In this document: positions 1 to 10,979 of the stretch, in pieces
Layout of the letters: each line of letters opens with the position of its first letter
How positions within the stretch are numbered: position 1 is the first letter of the stretch
Origin: a virus
Lineage: Duplodnaviria; Caudoviricetes
DNA: 64,000 nt
Virus record (IMG/VR): IMGVR_UViG_3300045526_000254
Span: 27,013 to 91,012 of that record
Direction: 5' to 3' (one strand)
The notes under the pieces: model-generated
Seen by the model: only the letters and a program-made list of their open reading frames with translations
Database searches by the model: none
Told to the model about the DNA's origin: nothing
Made by a program: the position numbers and the translations under genes

Positions 1-1117
1 AATTTCCTCTGGTCAAAGTACAAAGGTAATTATTGTATCTACACCTCGCGGTATGAACCATTTTTACCGCATGTGGCATGATGCAGAACGTGGAAAGAAT
101 GAGTATATACCAACAGATGTTCATTGGTCTGAAGTTCCTGGTAGAGATGAAAAATGGAAAGAACAGACGATTGCAAATACATCTGAACAGCAGTTCAAAG
201 TTGAATTTGAATGTGAATTTTTAGGATCAGTTAATACATTAATCAATCCGGCAAAACTTAAAAATTTTGTTTACGATGATCCTATAAAAAGAAATGCCGG
301 ACTAGATGTTTATGAAAATTCAAAGAAGGAAAACAATTATCTCATTACTGTTGATGTTGCTCGTGGAATTGGAAATGACTATTCTGCATTCATTGTTTTT
401 GATATCACCAATTTCCCCTATAAAGTCGTAGCAAAATATAGAAATAATGAAATAAAACCTATGCTATTTCCGAGCATAATTAATGAAGTTGCAAAGGGAT
501 ATAATAATTCTTGGATTCTAATAGAGGTAAATGATATCGGAGATCAAGTCGCAAATATTTTACATTTTGATCTCGAATATGATAACATTTTAATGTGCTC
601 CATGCGTGGAAGAGCTGGACAAATTGTGGGATCTGGATTTAGTGGTAAAAAATCCCAATTGGGTGTTCGGATGACTGCCGCAGTTAAAAAATTAGGATGT
701 TCTAATTTGAAAACTTTAATGGAGGATGATAAATTAATAACAAATGATTATGACATTATTTCAGAACTGACGACATTTGCACAAAAACATAATTCATTTG
801 AAGCAGAAGAAGGATGCAATGATGACTTGGCCATGTGCCTGGTAATTTTTTCTTGGTTAGTCGCTCAGGACTATTTTAAAGAAATGACGGACAATGATGT
901 TCGTAAAAGAATTTATGAAGAGCAAAAAAATCAAATTGAGCAGGATATGTCTCCATTTGGATTTATTTCTGATGGTTTAGAAGATCTTAATGTAATCATC
1001 GATAATGATAGCGGAGATAGATGGATTTTTGCAGACTCAAAAAATCAGAACAATCCATTAGAAGTATGGAATATTGATGAATATGGTGATAGATCTTATA
1101 TGTGGGAATATCGATAG
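1..1117 (+). CDS. gp17: Terminase large subunit, C-terminal part (5' truncated by the window)
   Basis: Frame is open from the window start (STKVIIVSTPRGMNHFY); nuclease motifs TVDVARG and NDDLAMCL; lies upstream of the sheath gene. Confidence 0.95.
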   Translation, partial: ISSGQSTKVIIVSTPRGMNHFYRMWHDAERGKNEYIPTDVHWSEVPGRDEKWKEQTIANTSEQQFKVEFECEFLGSVNTLINPAKLKNFVYDDPIKRNAGLDVYENSKKENNYLITVDVARGIGNDYSAFIVFDITNFPYKVVAKYRNNEIKPMLFPSIINEVAKGYNNSWILIEVNDIGDQVANILHFDLEYDNILMCSMRGRAGQIVGSGFSGKKSQLGVRMTAAVKKLGCSNLKTLMEDDKLITNDYDIISELTTFAQKHNSFEAEEGCNDDLAMCLVIFSWLVAQDYFKEMTDNDVRKRIYEEQKNQIEQDMSPFGFISDGLEDLNVIIDNDSGDRWIFADSKNQNNPLEVWNIDEYGDRSYMWEYR

Positions 1118-1134
1118 ATTAAAGGCAGTAAATT

Positions 1135-1142
1135 TATAAATA
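1135..1142 (+). promoter_or_regulatory. T4-type late promoter TATAAATA (others at 5671, 7054, 41172, 48334, 49829, 50981, 57914)
   Basis: Exact gp55 consensus just upstream of structural genes. Confidence 0.8.
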
Positions 1143-1178
1143 CTTTTAGAATAATTCTGGACTTGTAGGAGAATAAAG

Positions 1179-3353
1179 ATGCCGCTAAATTTAGCATCTC
1201 CTGGGATTGTAGTTAGAGAAATTGACTTAACAATAGGAAGAGCAAACCCATCATCAAATAAAGTTGCAGCTATTGTTGCACCTTTTGCCAAAGGCCCTAT
1301 TAATGTACCCACACTTGTAGAAAATGAGAATGATCTATTAGTTAATTTTGGAGAACCTTATGCAGTAGATAAACATTATGAACATTGGTTAACAGCATCT
1401 TCGTATCTTTCATATGGAGGTTCTCTTAGAGTTGTCAGAGCTAATGATAGTGATTTAAGAAATGCTTTTGTTGGAACTGCTTCTAGTGTAAAAATTGATA
1501 GTTTAGATCACTATAATGCTTTAGGATATGATGAAAATACCCTTGCAGATGTTACTGTTGCTGCAAGAAACCCTGGTTCTTGGGCAAATGGTATCAAAGT
1601 TGCCATTATTGACGGAAAAGCAGATCAAATTTTAGTTGGAGTAAGTACATCTAGCGTTGCAGTAGGTTGTGGAATAACTCAAGCAATTAGTTCTGTTCTT
1701 CCCGGAACTGGATCAACTTCAGTTCTTGACGGATATTTAAAAGGTATTGTTACGGGAATAGGTGCAAGTAGACTAGAGGTGAAAGTTTTAAGTCATGTTT
1801 CTTCTGGAAATACAGAAACCACTGTAGATTATCAACCTTCCGGTGTTTGGGCATTCTCCGCAACATCGCTCAATGTTTCTACTTCAGTTGGTTCAACACC
1901 AGGAACTGCAGTTACAGCAACATCAGTTCTAGATTGGTTTGATCAACAAACCATTGGAATTACCACATTATCAACAATTCCATGGAATACGATTGCACCA
2001 AGACCAGGAACAACTGCTTATGCAGATGCTAGAAATTCAAGATTTGATGAGGTTCATGTAGTAGTCATTGATACTTTAGGGTCCGTGACTGGAAATGCAG
2101 GAACAATTCTTGAGAAGCATTTAGGACTTTCAAAAGGATCTGATGCAGAATTTTCTGTTGGTTCTCCATCATACTGGAGAAAATATATTGCAAATAATTC
2201 CGATTATATTTTTGCATTAAATCAACCAACTGGAATTGTTACTACAGGTTATAGTTCTGGATTTACTCTAGTATCAGATGATGATTGGAATCAAGATACT
2301 GATGGAATTATTTTCGGAGCAATTGGATCTAATGAAGATAGTTTGTCAAGAGGAAAAGATTATGGTGGAGGATCCGATATTACCGCAAGTGGATCTTTAA
2401 CAGCACCTTTATCTACTCTTTCTAGTGGATATACTTTATTTGAAGCCGATTCAACAGAATCTACTGATAATGATAATTATAAGATTGATTTTCTATTAAT
2501 GGGTTCCGCCGGATATGATATTACCACTGCACAAGCACTGGCAAATAAAATTATTTCTGTTGCAGAAATAAGAAAGGACGCAGTTGCGTTTATTTCACCA
2601 TATCGGGGAGCAATTTTAACCGATACATCTAGTCAAACTGCAACCGCAATAAATTCTTCGGCAGATATTACTGAGAATTTAATAAGATTCTATTCACCAG
2701 TTGCATCATCTTCTTATGCAGTCTTTGATAGTGGTTACAAGTATACCTATGATAGATTCTCAAATACCTTTAGATATATTCCTCTAAATGGAGACATTGC
2801 AGGAATATGTGCAAGAAATGATATTAATAACTTCCCATGGTATTCTCCTGCAGGAACATCTAGAGGTGCAATTCTAAACGCAGTTAAACTTCCATATAAT
2901 CCAACAAAAGTTCAAAGAGATAGACTTTATTCCAATAGAATTAATCCAATAATCTTTTCTCCAGGATCTGGTATAGTCTTATTTGGAGATAGGACTGGAT
3001 ATGCAAAATCTTCTGCATTTGATCGTATCAACGTTAGAAGACTCTTCATTTATCTTGAAGATGCAATTTCAAGAGCAGCAAAAGATGTATTGTTTGAGTT
3101 TAACGATGAAGTTACTAGAACAAATTTTGTCAACACCATAGAACCATTTTTACGTGATGTGCAGGCAAAAAGAGGTATTTTTGATTATGTTGTTGTTTGC
3201 GATGAAACAAATAATACCGCTGCAGTAATAGACAACAATGAGTTTATTGCTGATATATACATCAAACCGACCAGATCAATTAACTTTATTGGTCTTAATT
3301 TTATTGCCACTAAAACTGGCGTTTCTTTTGAAGAAGTAATCGGAAACTTTTAA
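1179..3353 (+). CDS. gp18: Tail sheath protein
   Basis: SPGIVVREIDLT N-terminus; PWYSPAG and FDRINVRRLF motifs. Confidence 0.97.
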   Translation: MPLNLASPGIVVREIDLTIGRANPSSNKVAAIVAPFAKGPINVPTLVENENDLLVNFGEPYAVDKHYEHWLTASSYLSYGGSLRVVRANDSDLRNAFVGTASSVKIDSLDHYNALGYDENTLADVTVAARNPGSWANGIKVAIIDGKADQILVGVSTSSVAVGCGITQAISSVLPGTGSTSVLDGYLKGIVTGIGASRLEVKVLSHVSSGNTETTVDYQPSGVWAFSATSLNVSTSVGSTPGTAVTATSVLDWFDQQTIGITTLSTIPWNTIAPRPGTTAYADARNSRFDEVHVVVIDTLGSVTGNAGTILEKHLGLSKGSDAEFSVGSPSYWRKYIANNSDYIFALNQPTGIVTTGYSSGFTLVSDDDWNQDTDGIIFGAIGSNEDSLSRGKDYGGGSDITASGSLTAPLSTLSSGYTLFEADSTESTDNDNYKIDFLLMGSAGYDITTAQALANKIISVAEIRKDAVAFISPYRGAILTDTSSQTATAINSSADITENLIRFYSPVASSSYAVFDSGYKYTYDRFSNTFRYIPLNGDIAGICARNDINNFPWYSPAGTSRGAILNAVKLPYNPTKVQRDRLYSNRINPIIFSPGSGIVLFGDRTGYAKSSAFDRINVRRLFIYLEDAISRAAKDVLFEFNDEVTRTNFVNTIEPFLRDVQAKRGIFDYVVVCDETNNTAAVIDNNEFIADIYIKPTRSINFIGLNFIATKTGVSFEEVIGNF

Positions 3354-3376
3354 TTAATTCAGAGGTTTAAAAAACT

Positions 3377-3967
3377 ATGGCAACCAGAAATCAATTAAAT
3401 CCACCTCCATTAAGGAAGATTACGGATTTCAAAAGTAAGTTAACAGGTGGCGGTGCAAGAAGTAATCTTTTTGAAGTCGTTCTCTCTTTCCCAGATATTG
3501 CTCCGGCAAGTCCAAATGTTTTAGATAAGGCAAGATTTTTAGTTAAGGGAGCAAATTTACCTGCTTCGCAGGTAGCTCCTCTTGATGTTCCTTTTAGAGG
3601 AAGAACTCTAAAAGTTGCCGGAGATAGATCATTTGAAAGTTGGACTGTAACGGTTATCAACGATACTGACTTTAGCATTCGTTCTGCATTTGAGAATTGG
3701 ATGAATAAAATCAATCGTCTTTCTGACAATACTGGTGTAACAAATCCAAACTTGTATACTGCGGATGCTTTTGTCTATCAACTTGACCGTGATGGATCTA
3801 CTTTAAGAGCATATCATTTTTATGATATTTTTCCAACTTCTGTTGGAGCAATTCAACTTGATTATGGAACTTCTACCATTGAAGAATTCCCAGTTGAATT
3901 CCAGATTCTCTGGTGGGAAGCTGTTAAAGGTAATTCTCCATCTGCTGGTGGAGATAATATCAACTAA
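3377..3967 (+). CDS. gp19: Tail tube protein
   Basis: GGARSNLFEV, VPFRGRTLKVAGDRSFESWTVTVIND. Confidence 0.96.
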   Translation: MATRNQLNPPPLRKITDFKSKLTGGGARSNLFEVVLSFPDIAPASPNVLDKARFLVKGANLPASQVAPLDVPFRGRTLKVAGDRSFESWTVTVINDTDFSIRSAFENWMNKINRLSDNTGVTNPNLYTADAFVYQLDRDGSTLRAYHFYDIFPTSVGAIQLDYGTSTIEEFPVEFQILWWEAVKGNSPSAGGDNIN

Positions 3968-3998
3968 ATAGATCATACGGTTAATTTAAGTTTATAAA

Positions 3999-5675
3999 AT
4001 GGCAAAACTTTTTGGTTTTTCAATTGAGGATAATAATACAAAACCCAAATCTGTAGTTTCCCCCGTTCCTCCAAATAATGAGGACGGGGTTGATTATTTT
4101 ATTCAATCTGGATTTTATGGACAATATGTAGATATCGAAGGGGTATATCGAACAGAATATGATTTGATTCGTAGATATCGTGAAATGGCCCTTCATCCTG
4201 AATGTGATGGTGCAATTGAAAGTGTTGTAAACGAAGCTATAGTTAGTGATCTTTATGATTCTCCTGTTGAAATTGAACTTTCAAATTTAAATGCAAGTGA
4301 CAGACTAAAGGAAATTATAAGAACAGAATTTAAATCCATCAAAGAGATGATGGATTTTGACAAAAAATGCCACGAAATTTTTAGAAATTGGTACATTGAT
4401 GGAAGATTATTTTATCTAAAAGTCATAGATCAAAAAAAACCTGATAATGGGATTCAAGAGTTGAGATACATTGATCCTATGAAAATAAAACATGTTCGTC
4501 AGGAAAAGAAACCTCAAGGATCAAACATTAATCCAACAAGAAATTTAAATTTAGTTTCTTTGGATAATGAATATCAGGGATTTCCTGAAATTGAAGAATA
4601 TTTCATATACACTCCTACACCAAATTTTCCATCAGGGACAATAAGTGGTGGGTCAAAAAAAGGAATTAAAATAGCAAAGGATTCTATTACATATTGTACT
4701 TCTGGACTAGTTGATAGAAACAAAGGGACAATTCTTTCATATCTTCATAAAGCAATTAAGTCTCTTAATCAACTTAGAATGATTGAAGATTCCTTAGTAA
4801 TCTACAGATTATCTAGAGCACCTGAACGTAGAATTTTTTATATTGATGTTGGAAACTTGCCAAAGGTTAAGGCAGAACAATATCTTAAAGAAGTAATGAG
4901 TCGATATCGTAATAAGTTAGTTTATGATGCCAATACCGGAGAAGTTCGTGATGATCGAAAGTTCATGAGTATGCTAGAAGATTTTTGGCTTCCAAGAAGA
5001 GAGGGTGGTAGAGGAACTGAAATTACCACTCTTCCAGGTGGTCAAAATCTTGGAGAACTTACTGATATTGAATATTTTCAGAAAAAATTATATAGATCTC
5101 TTGGAATACCAGAAACAAGAATTGCCGGTGGTGGTGATGGGTTTAATCTTGGAAGATCATCAGAAATTCTTCGTGATGAATTGATGTTTTCTAAATTTGT
5201 TGGACGTTTGAGAAAAAGATTTTCAAATTTGTTTAATGATATACTTCGCACACAACTTCTTTTAAAAAATGTAGTTTCCCCAGAAGACTGGGATAAAATG
5301 AGTGATCATATTCAATACGATTTCTTATATGATAATCATTTTGCCGAACTTAAAGAAGCTGAGTTATTGACAAATAGACTAACTCTTGCAACTACAATCG
5401 AACCTTTTATTGGAAAATATTATTCAACCGAATACGTTCGTAAAAAAATTCTTCGTCAAACTGATTCTGAAATTATTGAAATTGATCTTCAAATAGAAGA
5501 TGAAATATCAAAAGGTATCTTGCCAGATCCAAATGCCCAAGTAGATGAGAATGGAAATCCAATTCCAGTTGAAGGACAAGACATTGAACAGGGTATGAAT
5601 GGAGAAGTTCCGATAGAACAATCAATAGACACTTCATCCATGGAAATTCCTGAACCAAAAGGCGGGAAGATATAA
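3999..5675 (+). CDS. gp20: Portal protein
   Basis: YRLSRAPERRIFYIDVGNLPK, MLEDFWLPRREGGRGTEI. Confidence 0.97.
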   Translation: MAKLFGFSIEDNNTKPKSVVSPVPPNNEDGVDYFIQSGFYGQYVDIEGVYRTEYDLIRRYREMALHPECDGAIESVVNEAIVSDLYDSPVEIELSNLNASDRLKEIIRTEFKSIKEMMDFDKKCHEIFRNWYIDGRLFYLKVIDQKKPDNGIQELRYIDPMKIKHVRQEKKPQGSNINPTRNLNLVSLDNEYQGFPEIEEYFIYTPTPNFPSGTISGGSKKGIKIAKDSITYCTSGLVDRNKGTILSYLHKAIKSLNQLRMIEDSLVIYRLSRAPERRIFYIDVGNLPKVKAEQYLKEVMSRYRNKLVYDANTGEVRDDRKFMSMLEDFWLPRREGGRGTEITTLPGGQNLGELTDIEYFQKKLYRSLGIPETRIAGGGDGFNLGRSSEILRDELMFSKFVGRLRKRFSNLFNDILRTQLLLKNVVSPEDWDKMSDHIQYDFLYDNHFAELKEAELLTNRLTLATTIEPFIGKYYSTEYVRKKILRQTDSEIIEIDLQIEDEISKGILPDPNAQVDENGNPIPVEGQDIEQGMNGEVPIEQSIDTSSMEIPEPKGGKI

Positions 5676-5703
5676 ATAATTTCATAATTATAACACAGTT
5701 TTT

Positions 5704-5871
5704 ATGGAAGAAGTTATCGACTTGATTGCAACTGATGGTTCTCCATCAGATATATCTGACAAGATTAAAGAGTTACTATATTCTAAATCTGCAGAAAAAA
5801 TAGATTCTGTTCGCCCTGAAGTTGCATCACTGATGTTTGGTGATGATGATACATCTGGAGATCAAGAATAA
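5704..5871 (+). CDS. Small acidic protein, probable prohead core (gp67-like position), 55 aa
   Basis: Hand-translated MEEVIDLIATDGSPSDISDKIKELLY...; follows late promoter 5671, between gp20 and gp21. Confidence 0.65.
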   Translation: MEEVIDLIATDGSPSDISDKIKELLYSKSAEKIDSVRPEVASLMFGDDDTSGDQE

Positions 5872-6398
5872 TGGCAATAAAAATAGTACAAAAAGTAGGA
5901 AGAATTTCTCCTACAGTTTCTGTAGCTGCAACAAGCAATCCAATTGCTTTAAAAAGTGGATATATTAGAGTTGCAACTGGTTTGACTGGCGTTTATATCG
6001 AAAGCGGTGAAAATCCAATAGTTAGCACTGATTCTTTTTATATTTCACCTTATGGTAATGAAGTAATAAAGGAGAGACTGGCAAAACAAAAAATTGTAGG
6101 AATAACCACAGGTTCTTCCACTGTAGTGACTTTTGCCGCAAATTCAGGAAATCCTTTTGTAGTTGGGGATTATGTAACGATTGAAAATGCTCAACCTGTA
6201 GGAATTAATACTGTTCATAGAGAAGTTATAGCAACTACAGATTCTTCCGTAACTATTTTAGCAAATACTGCATCTATCGTTGGAGTAATTACTACAACGA
6301 ATGCCATTTTGTCTAGAAGTGTAAAGATTGCAGCTCTTGCAGATGGTGCGGCAGCAAATGTAAGTATTACAGAAATTGTTCAATTAGTTTCCGAGTAA
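5871..6398 (+). CDS. Conserved hypothetical virion protein
   Basis: 175-aa ORF coupled within the head operon. Confidence 0.7.
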   Translation: MAIKIVQKVGRISPTVSVAATSNPIALKSGYIRVATGLTGVYIESGENPIVSTDSFYISPYGNEVIKERLAKQKIVGITTGSSTVVTFAANSGNPFVVGDYVTIENAQPVGINTVHREVIATTDSSVTILANTASIVGVITTTNAILSRSVKIAALADGAAANVSITEIVQLVSE

Positions 6399-6400
6399 AA

Positions 6401-7051
6401 ATGAAACTCATCACAGAAGAAGCACAAAAAGTTAAGTTCATTATCGAAGGCAAAGGTAATGATAAAAAAATGTTTATTGAAGGTATCTTCCTTCAAGGAA
6501 ATATTTGCAATCGTAATGGAAGAATGTATCCAATGGAAACTCTTTCACGCGAAGTTCGCAGATATACCGAGTCTTTCGTTAATAAAGGACGTGCATTGGG
6601 AGAACTTGGACATCCTGATGGACCAACGGTAAATCTTGATCGCGTTTCCCATAAAATTGTATCTCTTACTTGTGAAGGATCTAATTTTAGAGGTAAGGCA
6701 CAACTGCTTGAAACCCCAATGGGTAAGATTGCAAAATCTCTTATTTCTGAGGGAGTAACTCTTGGTGTTTCTTCCCGTGGTGTTGGTTCACTTAGAATGA
6801 CTAACGAAGGTCATAAAATTGTTGGTGAAGATTTCATGCTTGCAACTGCCGCTGATATTGTTGCAGATCCTTCTGCACCTGATGCTTTTGTCCAAGGAAT
6901 CATGGAAGGAAAAGAATGGGTTTGGGAAGGAGGAATTCTTCGTGAAAAACTTGCAGAGTCAACAAGGCATAAAATTAATACCTTAGTTGACCAGAAAAGA
7001 CTTGAAGAACATAAATTAAATCTTTTTAATGAATTTCTTTTAAATCTTTAA
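6401..7051 (+). CDS. gp21: Prohead core protease
   Basis: ALGELGHP, GVSSRGVGSL, DIVADPSAPDAFV. Confidence 0.96.
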   Translation: MKLITEEAQKVKFIIEGKGNDKKMFIEGIFLQGNICNRNGRMYPMETLSREVRRYTESFVNKGRALGELGHPDGPTVNLDRVSHKIVSLTCEGSNFRGKAQLLETPMGKIAKSLISEGVTLGVSSRGVGSLRMTNEGHKIVGEDFMLATAADIVADPSAPDAFVQGIMEGKEWVWEGGILREKLAESTRHKINTLVDQKRLEEHKLNLFNEFLLNL

Positions 7052-7090
7052 ATTATAAATAAATATAGATTATAACACAAACAATCTAAA

Positions 7091-8269
7091 ATGTCCGTTG
7101 GTAGAAATTTACAAGAAATGGAAAACGTAGTAACCAAAGGGGCTGCACCTGCCGATCCAATGAAGTCAATTGCACAAAATGCATCTGGAGTAATGATTCC
7201 AGGACAAACTGGTGCATGGGAAGATTTGGGTGGTCCTACCCCAGAAAATTATCGCCCAGATGATAATTCTGCAACACTCAAAACACCAGGAGCAACTCTT
7301 GCTCAGGTAAGAGACGTTGTAAATGCCAAGGCAGCAGCAGCAGAAGCTCCTCATACTTCCGCAACTCCTGCTCCAACTCCAGGACAAGGAGTAAAGGAAG
7401 AAAACGAAGAAGATGAAGATCTTGTTGATGAAGAAGAATATGATGAAGATGAAGAAGTAGTTGCAGAAGCTGCCGACGAAGATGAGGAAGATGAAGATGA
7501 GGAAGATGAAGATGAAGATAAAGTAGAAGAAGAGTTTGATATTGAAGAAGATGTCAATGCTCTTCTTGAAGGAGAAGATCTTTCTGAAGAGTTCCAAGAA
7601 AAAGCACGTACAATTTTTGAAGCGGCAATTCGTTCAAAGGTTGCCGACATTAAAGAAGAACTTCAAGAAACTTATGAAAATGCTCTTATTGAAGAAGTTC
7701 AGTTTATTAAGGAAGAACTTACAGAAAGACTTGATTCCTATCTTGAATATGTTGCCGATGAGTGGATTCAAGAAAATGCACTCGCAATCGAGCACGGTCT
7801 CAAGACCGAAATGACTGAATCATTCCTCCAAGGAATGAAGAGTCTTTTTGAAGATCATTATGTAACAATCCCTGAAGATAGATATGATGTAATCGAGAGT
7901 ATGGTAGATAAACTTGATGAAATGGAAGAAAAACTCAACGAGCAAATCGAAAGAAATGTTGCTCTTAATAGAAGATTAGCAGAGTCGGTTGCTGATGTAA
8001 TTTTTGCAGATGTCGCTGAGGGTCTTGCACTTTCTCAGAAAGACAAACTCGCTTCTCTTGCCGAAAATGTTGAGTTTGATAGTGAAGAAAACTATCGTGA
8101 GAAACTAGTAACCCTGAGGGAATCATATTTCCCATCAACCACTGGTACTCAAAGAGATGACTCTGAAAACTTGTCAGAAGGTTTTTCATATGATGGTCAA
8201 ACATCATCTGAAGTTTCTCCAATAATGGAAGCATACCTTCAAACTCTCAGTAGAGTCGCTAAAAAGTGA
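7091..8269 (+). CDS. gp22: Prohead scaffold protein
   Basis: Acidic coiled-coil; FKEKA-like FQEKARTIFEAA and YLEYVADEW; position before gp23. Confidence 0.93.
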   Translation: MSVGRNLQEMENVVTKGAAPADPMKSIAQNASGVMIPGQTGAWEDLGGPTPENYRPDDNSATLKTPGATLAQVRDVVNAKAAAAEAPHTSATPAPTPGQGVKEENEEDEDLVDEEEYDEDEEVVAEAADEDEEDEDEEDEDEDKVEEEFDIEEDVNALLEGEDLSEEFQEKARTIFEAAIRSKVADIKEELQETYENALIEEVQFIKEELTERLDSYLEYVADEWIQENALAIEHGLKTEMTESFLQGMKSLFEDHYVTIPEDRYDVIESMVDKLDEMEEKLNEQIERNVALNRRLAESVADVIFADVAEGLALSQKDKLASLAENVEFDSEENYREKLVTLRESYFPSTTGTQRDDSENLSEGFSYDGQTSSEVSPIMEAYLQTLSRVAKK

Positions 8270-8320
8270 TTTTTAGATTATACAGTCAAACTAAAACTTT
8301 TTAAAAAGAGGTAAAATCAA

Positions 8321-9733
8321 ATGCAGATGTACAACGCTGAATATCTGCAGGAGAAGTGGGCACCAATCCTTGATTATCAAGGAATGGATCCGATCAAAGA
8401 TTCACATCGTAGATCTGTGACCGCTATCCTGCTAGAAAACCAAGAAAGAGAACTTCATGAAGAGCGTTCATTCCTTTATGAAGCTCCAACTCAGTCTTTT
8501 GCCGGTGCCGGACTTCAAGGTGGTTATACCGGTAGTGGTGCAGGTACAGGTACTCCTGCCGCAGGTTTCGACCCCGTACTGATCTCATTGATCCGTCGTT
8601 CGATGCCTAATCTGATCGCTTATGATCTTTGTGGCGTTCAACCAATGAACGGTCCTACTGGACTTATTTTTGCAATGCGTTCCCGCTACAACAGTCAAAC
8701 TGGTACTGAAACCTTCTACAATGAAGTAGATACTACTTTCTCTGCTCAGAACAAAGGTCGCAATCTTACCAACGGTTTTGTTAATGGTACAGTTGGTTTA
8801 GGTACCACTAATAGTAGCGGACAAGGAACCAATCCATCAATTCTCGATGCTACCACAGGAAACCAACTCCAGTACACAACTGGCGAAGGTATGTCAACTA
8901 GCGAGTCTGAGGCATTGGGTGATGGTGGTACTAGCACCTACTTTAACGAGATGGCTTTCTCAATCGAGAAACTCACCGTTACCGCTAAGTCACGCGCACT
9001 GAAAGCTGAGTACTCACTCGAACTCGCACAAGACCTGAAGGCAATTCATGGTCTGAATGCTGAAGCGGAACTCGCAAACATTCTCTCAACTGAGATTCTT
9101 GCCGAGATCAACCGCGAAATCATTCGTACCATCTATAAGGTTGCAGTTCCTGGCGCTCAGGTTAATACTGCCACTGCTGGTACTTTCGACCTTGATGTTG
9201 ACTCCAATGGTCGTTGGTCAGTTGAGAAGTTCAAGGGTCTGATTTTCCAAATCGAGCGTGATGCCAACGCTATTGCACAGCAAACTCGTAGAGGAAAGGG
9301 TAATATGATCCTTTGTTCTGCTGATGTTGCTTCTGCACTCACAATGGCAGGCGTTCTGGATTATACCCCAGCACTCAATGCAAACCTTCAAGTTGATGAT
9401 ACTGGTAATACTTTTGCCGGTGTTCTTCAGGGTAAGTATCGTGTTTATATCGATCCTTATTCTGCCAACGTTGCTGCTAATCAGTTCTATGTTGTAGGTT
9501 ATAAGGGTGCATCTCCTTATGATGCAGGTCTATTCTATTGTCCTTATGTTCCTCTCCAAATGGTTCGTGCCGTTGGTGAGCAGAGCTTCCAACCAAAAAT
9601 TGGATTCAAGACTCGTTATGGAGTCGTTGCGAATCCATTTGCTAAGGGTGGTACTGAAGCTACTGCACCTGATAACATTACCACAAACTCTAACGTTTAT
9701 TACAGAAGAGTTAAGGTTGCAAATCTTATGTGA
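8321..9733 (+). CDS. gp23: Major capsid protein
   Basis: GVQPMNGPTGLIFAMR, KSRALKAEYSLELAQDLKAIHG, FYCPYVPLQM. Confidence 0.98.
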   Translation: MQMYNAEYLQEKWAPILDYQGMDPIKDSHRRSVTAILLENQERELHEERSFLYEAPTQSFAGAGLQGGYTGSGAGTGTPAAGFDPVLISLIRRSMPNLIAYDLCGVQPMNGPTGLIFAMRSRYNSQTGTETFYNEVDTTFSAQNKGRNLTNGFVNGTVGLGTTNSSGQGTNPSILDATTGNQLQYTTGEGMSTSESEALGDGGTSTYFNEMAFSIEKLTVTAKSRALKAEYSLELAQDLKAIHGLNAEAELANILSTEILAEINREIIRTIYKVAVPGAQVNTATAGTFDLDVDSNGRWSVEKFKGLIFQIERDANAIAQQTRRGKGNMILCSADVASALTMAGVLDYTPALNANLQVDDTGNTFAGVLQGKYRVYIDPYSANVAANQFYVVGYKGASPYDAGLFYCPYVPLQMVRAVGEQSFQPKIGFKTRYGVVANPFAKGGTEATAPDNITTNSNVYYRRVKVANLM

Positions 9734-9751
9734 GTTAATTCACATTTACTC

Positions 9752-9780
9752 AAGAGGGTTCTTCGGAACCCTCTTTTTTT
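9752..9780 (+). terminator. Rho-independent terminator after gp23
   Basis: aagagggttc-TTCG-gaaccctctt followed by a T run. Confidence 0.9.
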
Positions 9781-9800
9781 ATCTAAATAAAAATAAAAAG

Positions 9801-9971
9801 ATGAAAAGTTTTCAACAATTTCAAGAAGATCTTTCTAGAAATACAGTTCCTTTAGGTAAAAAGGAACAAGGAAATTTAAATCGTGCCAGACGTGGACAAA
9901 TTGGACCAAGATCTACAGGTGTTCCACATCTTTCAATTAAATTAGTTCCTACAAATATACCAATGAAATAA
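9801..9971 (+). CDS. Small basic late protein with MKSFQQFQE N-terminus (56 aa)
   Basis: True start probably ATG 9801 within the listed 9507 ORF; CTAAATA upstream. Confidence 0.6.
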   Translation: MKSFQQFQEDLSRNTVPLGKKEQGNLNRARRGQIGPRSTGVPHLSIKLVPTNIPMK

Positions 9972-9973
9972 TA

Positions 9974-10519
9974 ATGGCAAATCCACTTGCAAATCAAATT
10001 TCAAATCGTAATTTTTTATCTCCGGTTGGATTTAAATTAACAATTGCAAAAGAACCAAAAGTAGCATTTTTTTGTAATTCGGCAAAAATTCCAGATATTA
10101 CTTTAGGTACGGAACCTCAAGATACTTATTTAAAGAGACTAGATGTACCCGGAAATATTATTACTTATGGAGACTTAGTAATTAGATTTTTAGTTGATGA
10201 AGATCTTGTTAATTACATGTGTGTCCATAATTGGATTACTGGACTAGGATTTCCAGAAACCGCCCAACAGTATAAAGATTTAATTACTAATGATGATGGA
10301 TTATTAGATCCGAAGCAAGCATTTAGTGATGGTAGTCTTTATATTTTAAACAGTGATTATAATACGAACATAATTGTAAAATTTAAAGATTTGTTTCCAG
10401 TATCATTAACACCACTAGATTTTGATGCCACAAAAAATGATATTGAATACTTTACAGCAGAGGTGGCTTTCAAGTATACTGTCTATAATATTTTAGATAA
10501 AAACAATAAACCCTTATGA
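9974..10519 (+). CDS. gp3: Tail completion/terminator protein
   Basis: NRNFLSPVGFK, YGDLVIRFLVDEDL; conserved position before uvsY. Confidence 0.85.
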   Translation: MANPLANQISNRNFLSPVGFKLTIAKEPKVAFFCNSAKIPDITLGTEPQDTYLKRLDVPGNIITYGDLVIRFLVDEDLVNYMCVHNWITGLGFPETAQQYKDLITNDDGLLDPKQAFSDGSLYILNSDYNTNIIVKFKDLFPVSLTPLDFDATKNDIEYFTAEVAFKYTVYNILDKNNKPL

Positions 10520-10947
10520 ATCTTGAAGAAATACAGGAGATGTGGCAGAGAGATTCTGTTATGGATCCTGATAATTTACATGATGAATCTTTAAAAATTC
10601 CTCAACTTCATTCAAAGTATTATACCATTTACAATACTATCACTCTACTGAGAGAAAAGGCAAGAGAAACTTTTAATAAAGTACGTTTAGAACGCTACAA
10701 TTACTACACAGGAAAGGCGCCAGCAGAAGTTTATGTGGAAGAACCATTTCCATATAAAGTTCGTGATAAAGAGGCATTACAGAGGCATATGGACGCAGAT
10801 GAAAGATTGAATAAAATTGACCTCAAGATTCGATACTACGATATCATGCTTAAGTTTCTTGAGGAAATCATAAAGATGATTTCTAATCGCACATACCAAA
10901 TTAAGAATAGTGTAGAATTTATGAAATTTACTGCCGGTTATAATTAA
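10516..10947 (+). CDS. uvsY: Recombination mediator
   Basis: IPQLHSKY, RTYQIKN; precedes uvsW. Confidence 0.9.
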   Translation: MNLEEIQEMWQRDSVMDPDNLHDESLKIPQLHSKYYTIYNTITLLREKARETFNKVRLERYNYYTGKAPAEVYVEEPFPYKVRDKEALQRHMDADERLNKIDLKIRYYDIMLKFLEEIIKMISNRTYQIKNSVEFMKFTAGYN

Positions 10948-10979
10948 TGGGATAAATATTCATAACTGATATGTTATGA

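Noticed and set aside
7166-7650. Antisense Phe/Ile-rich and poly-Ser ORFs
   Set aside because: Mirror of the acidic Glu/Asp tract of gp22
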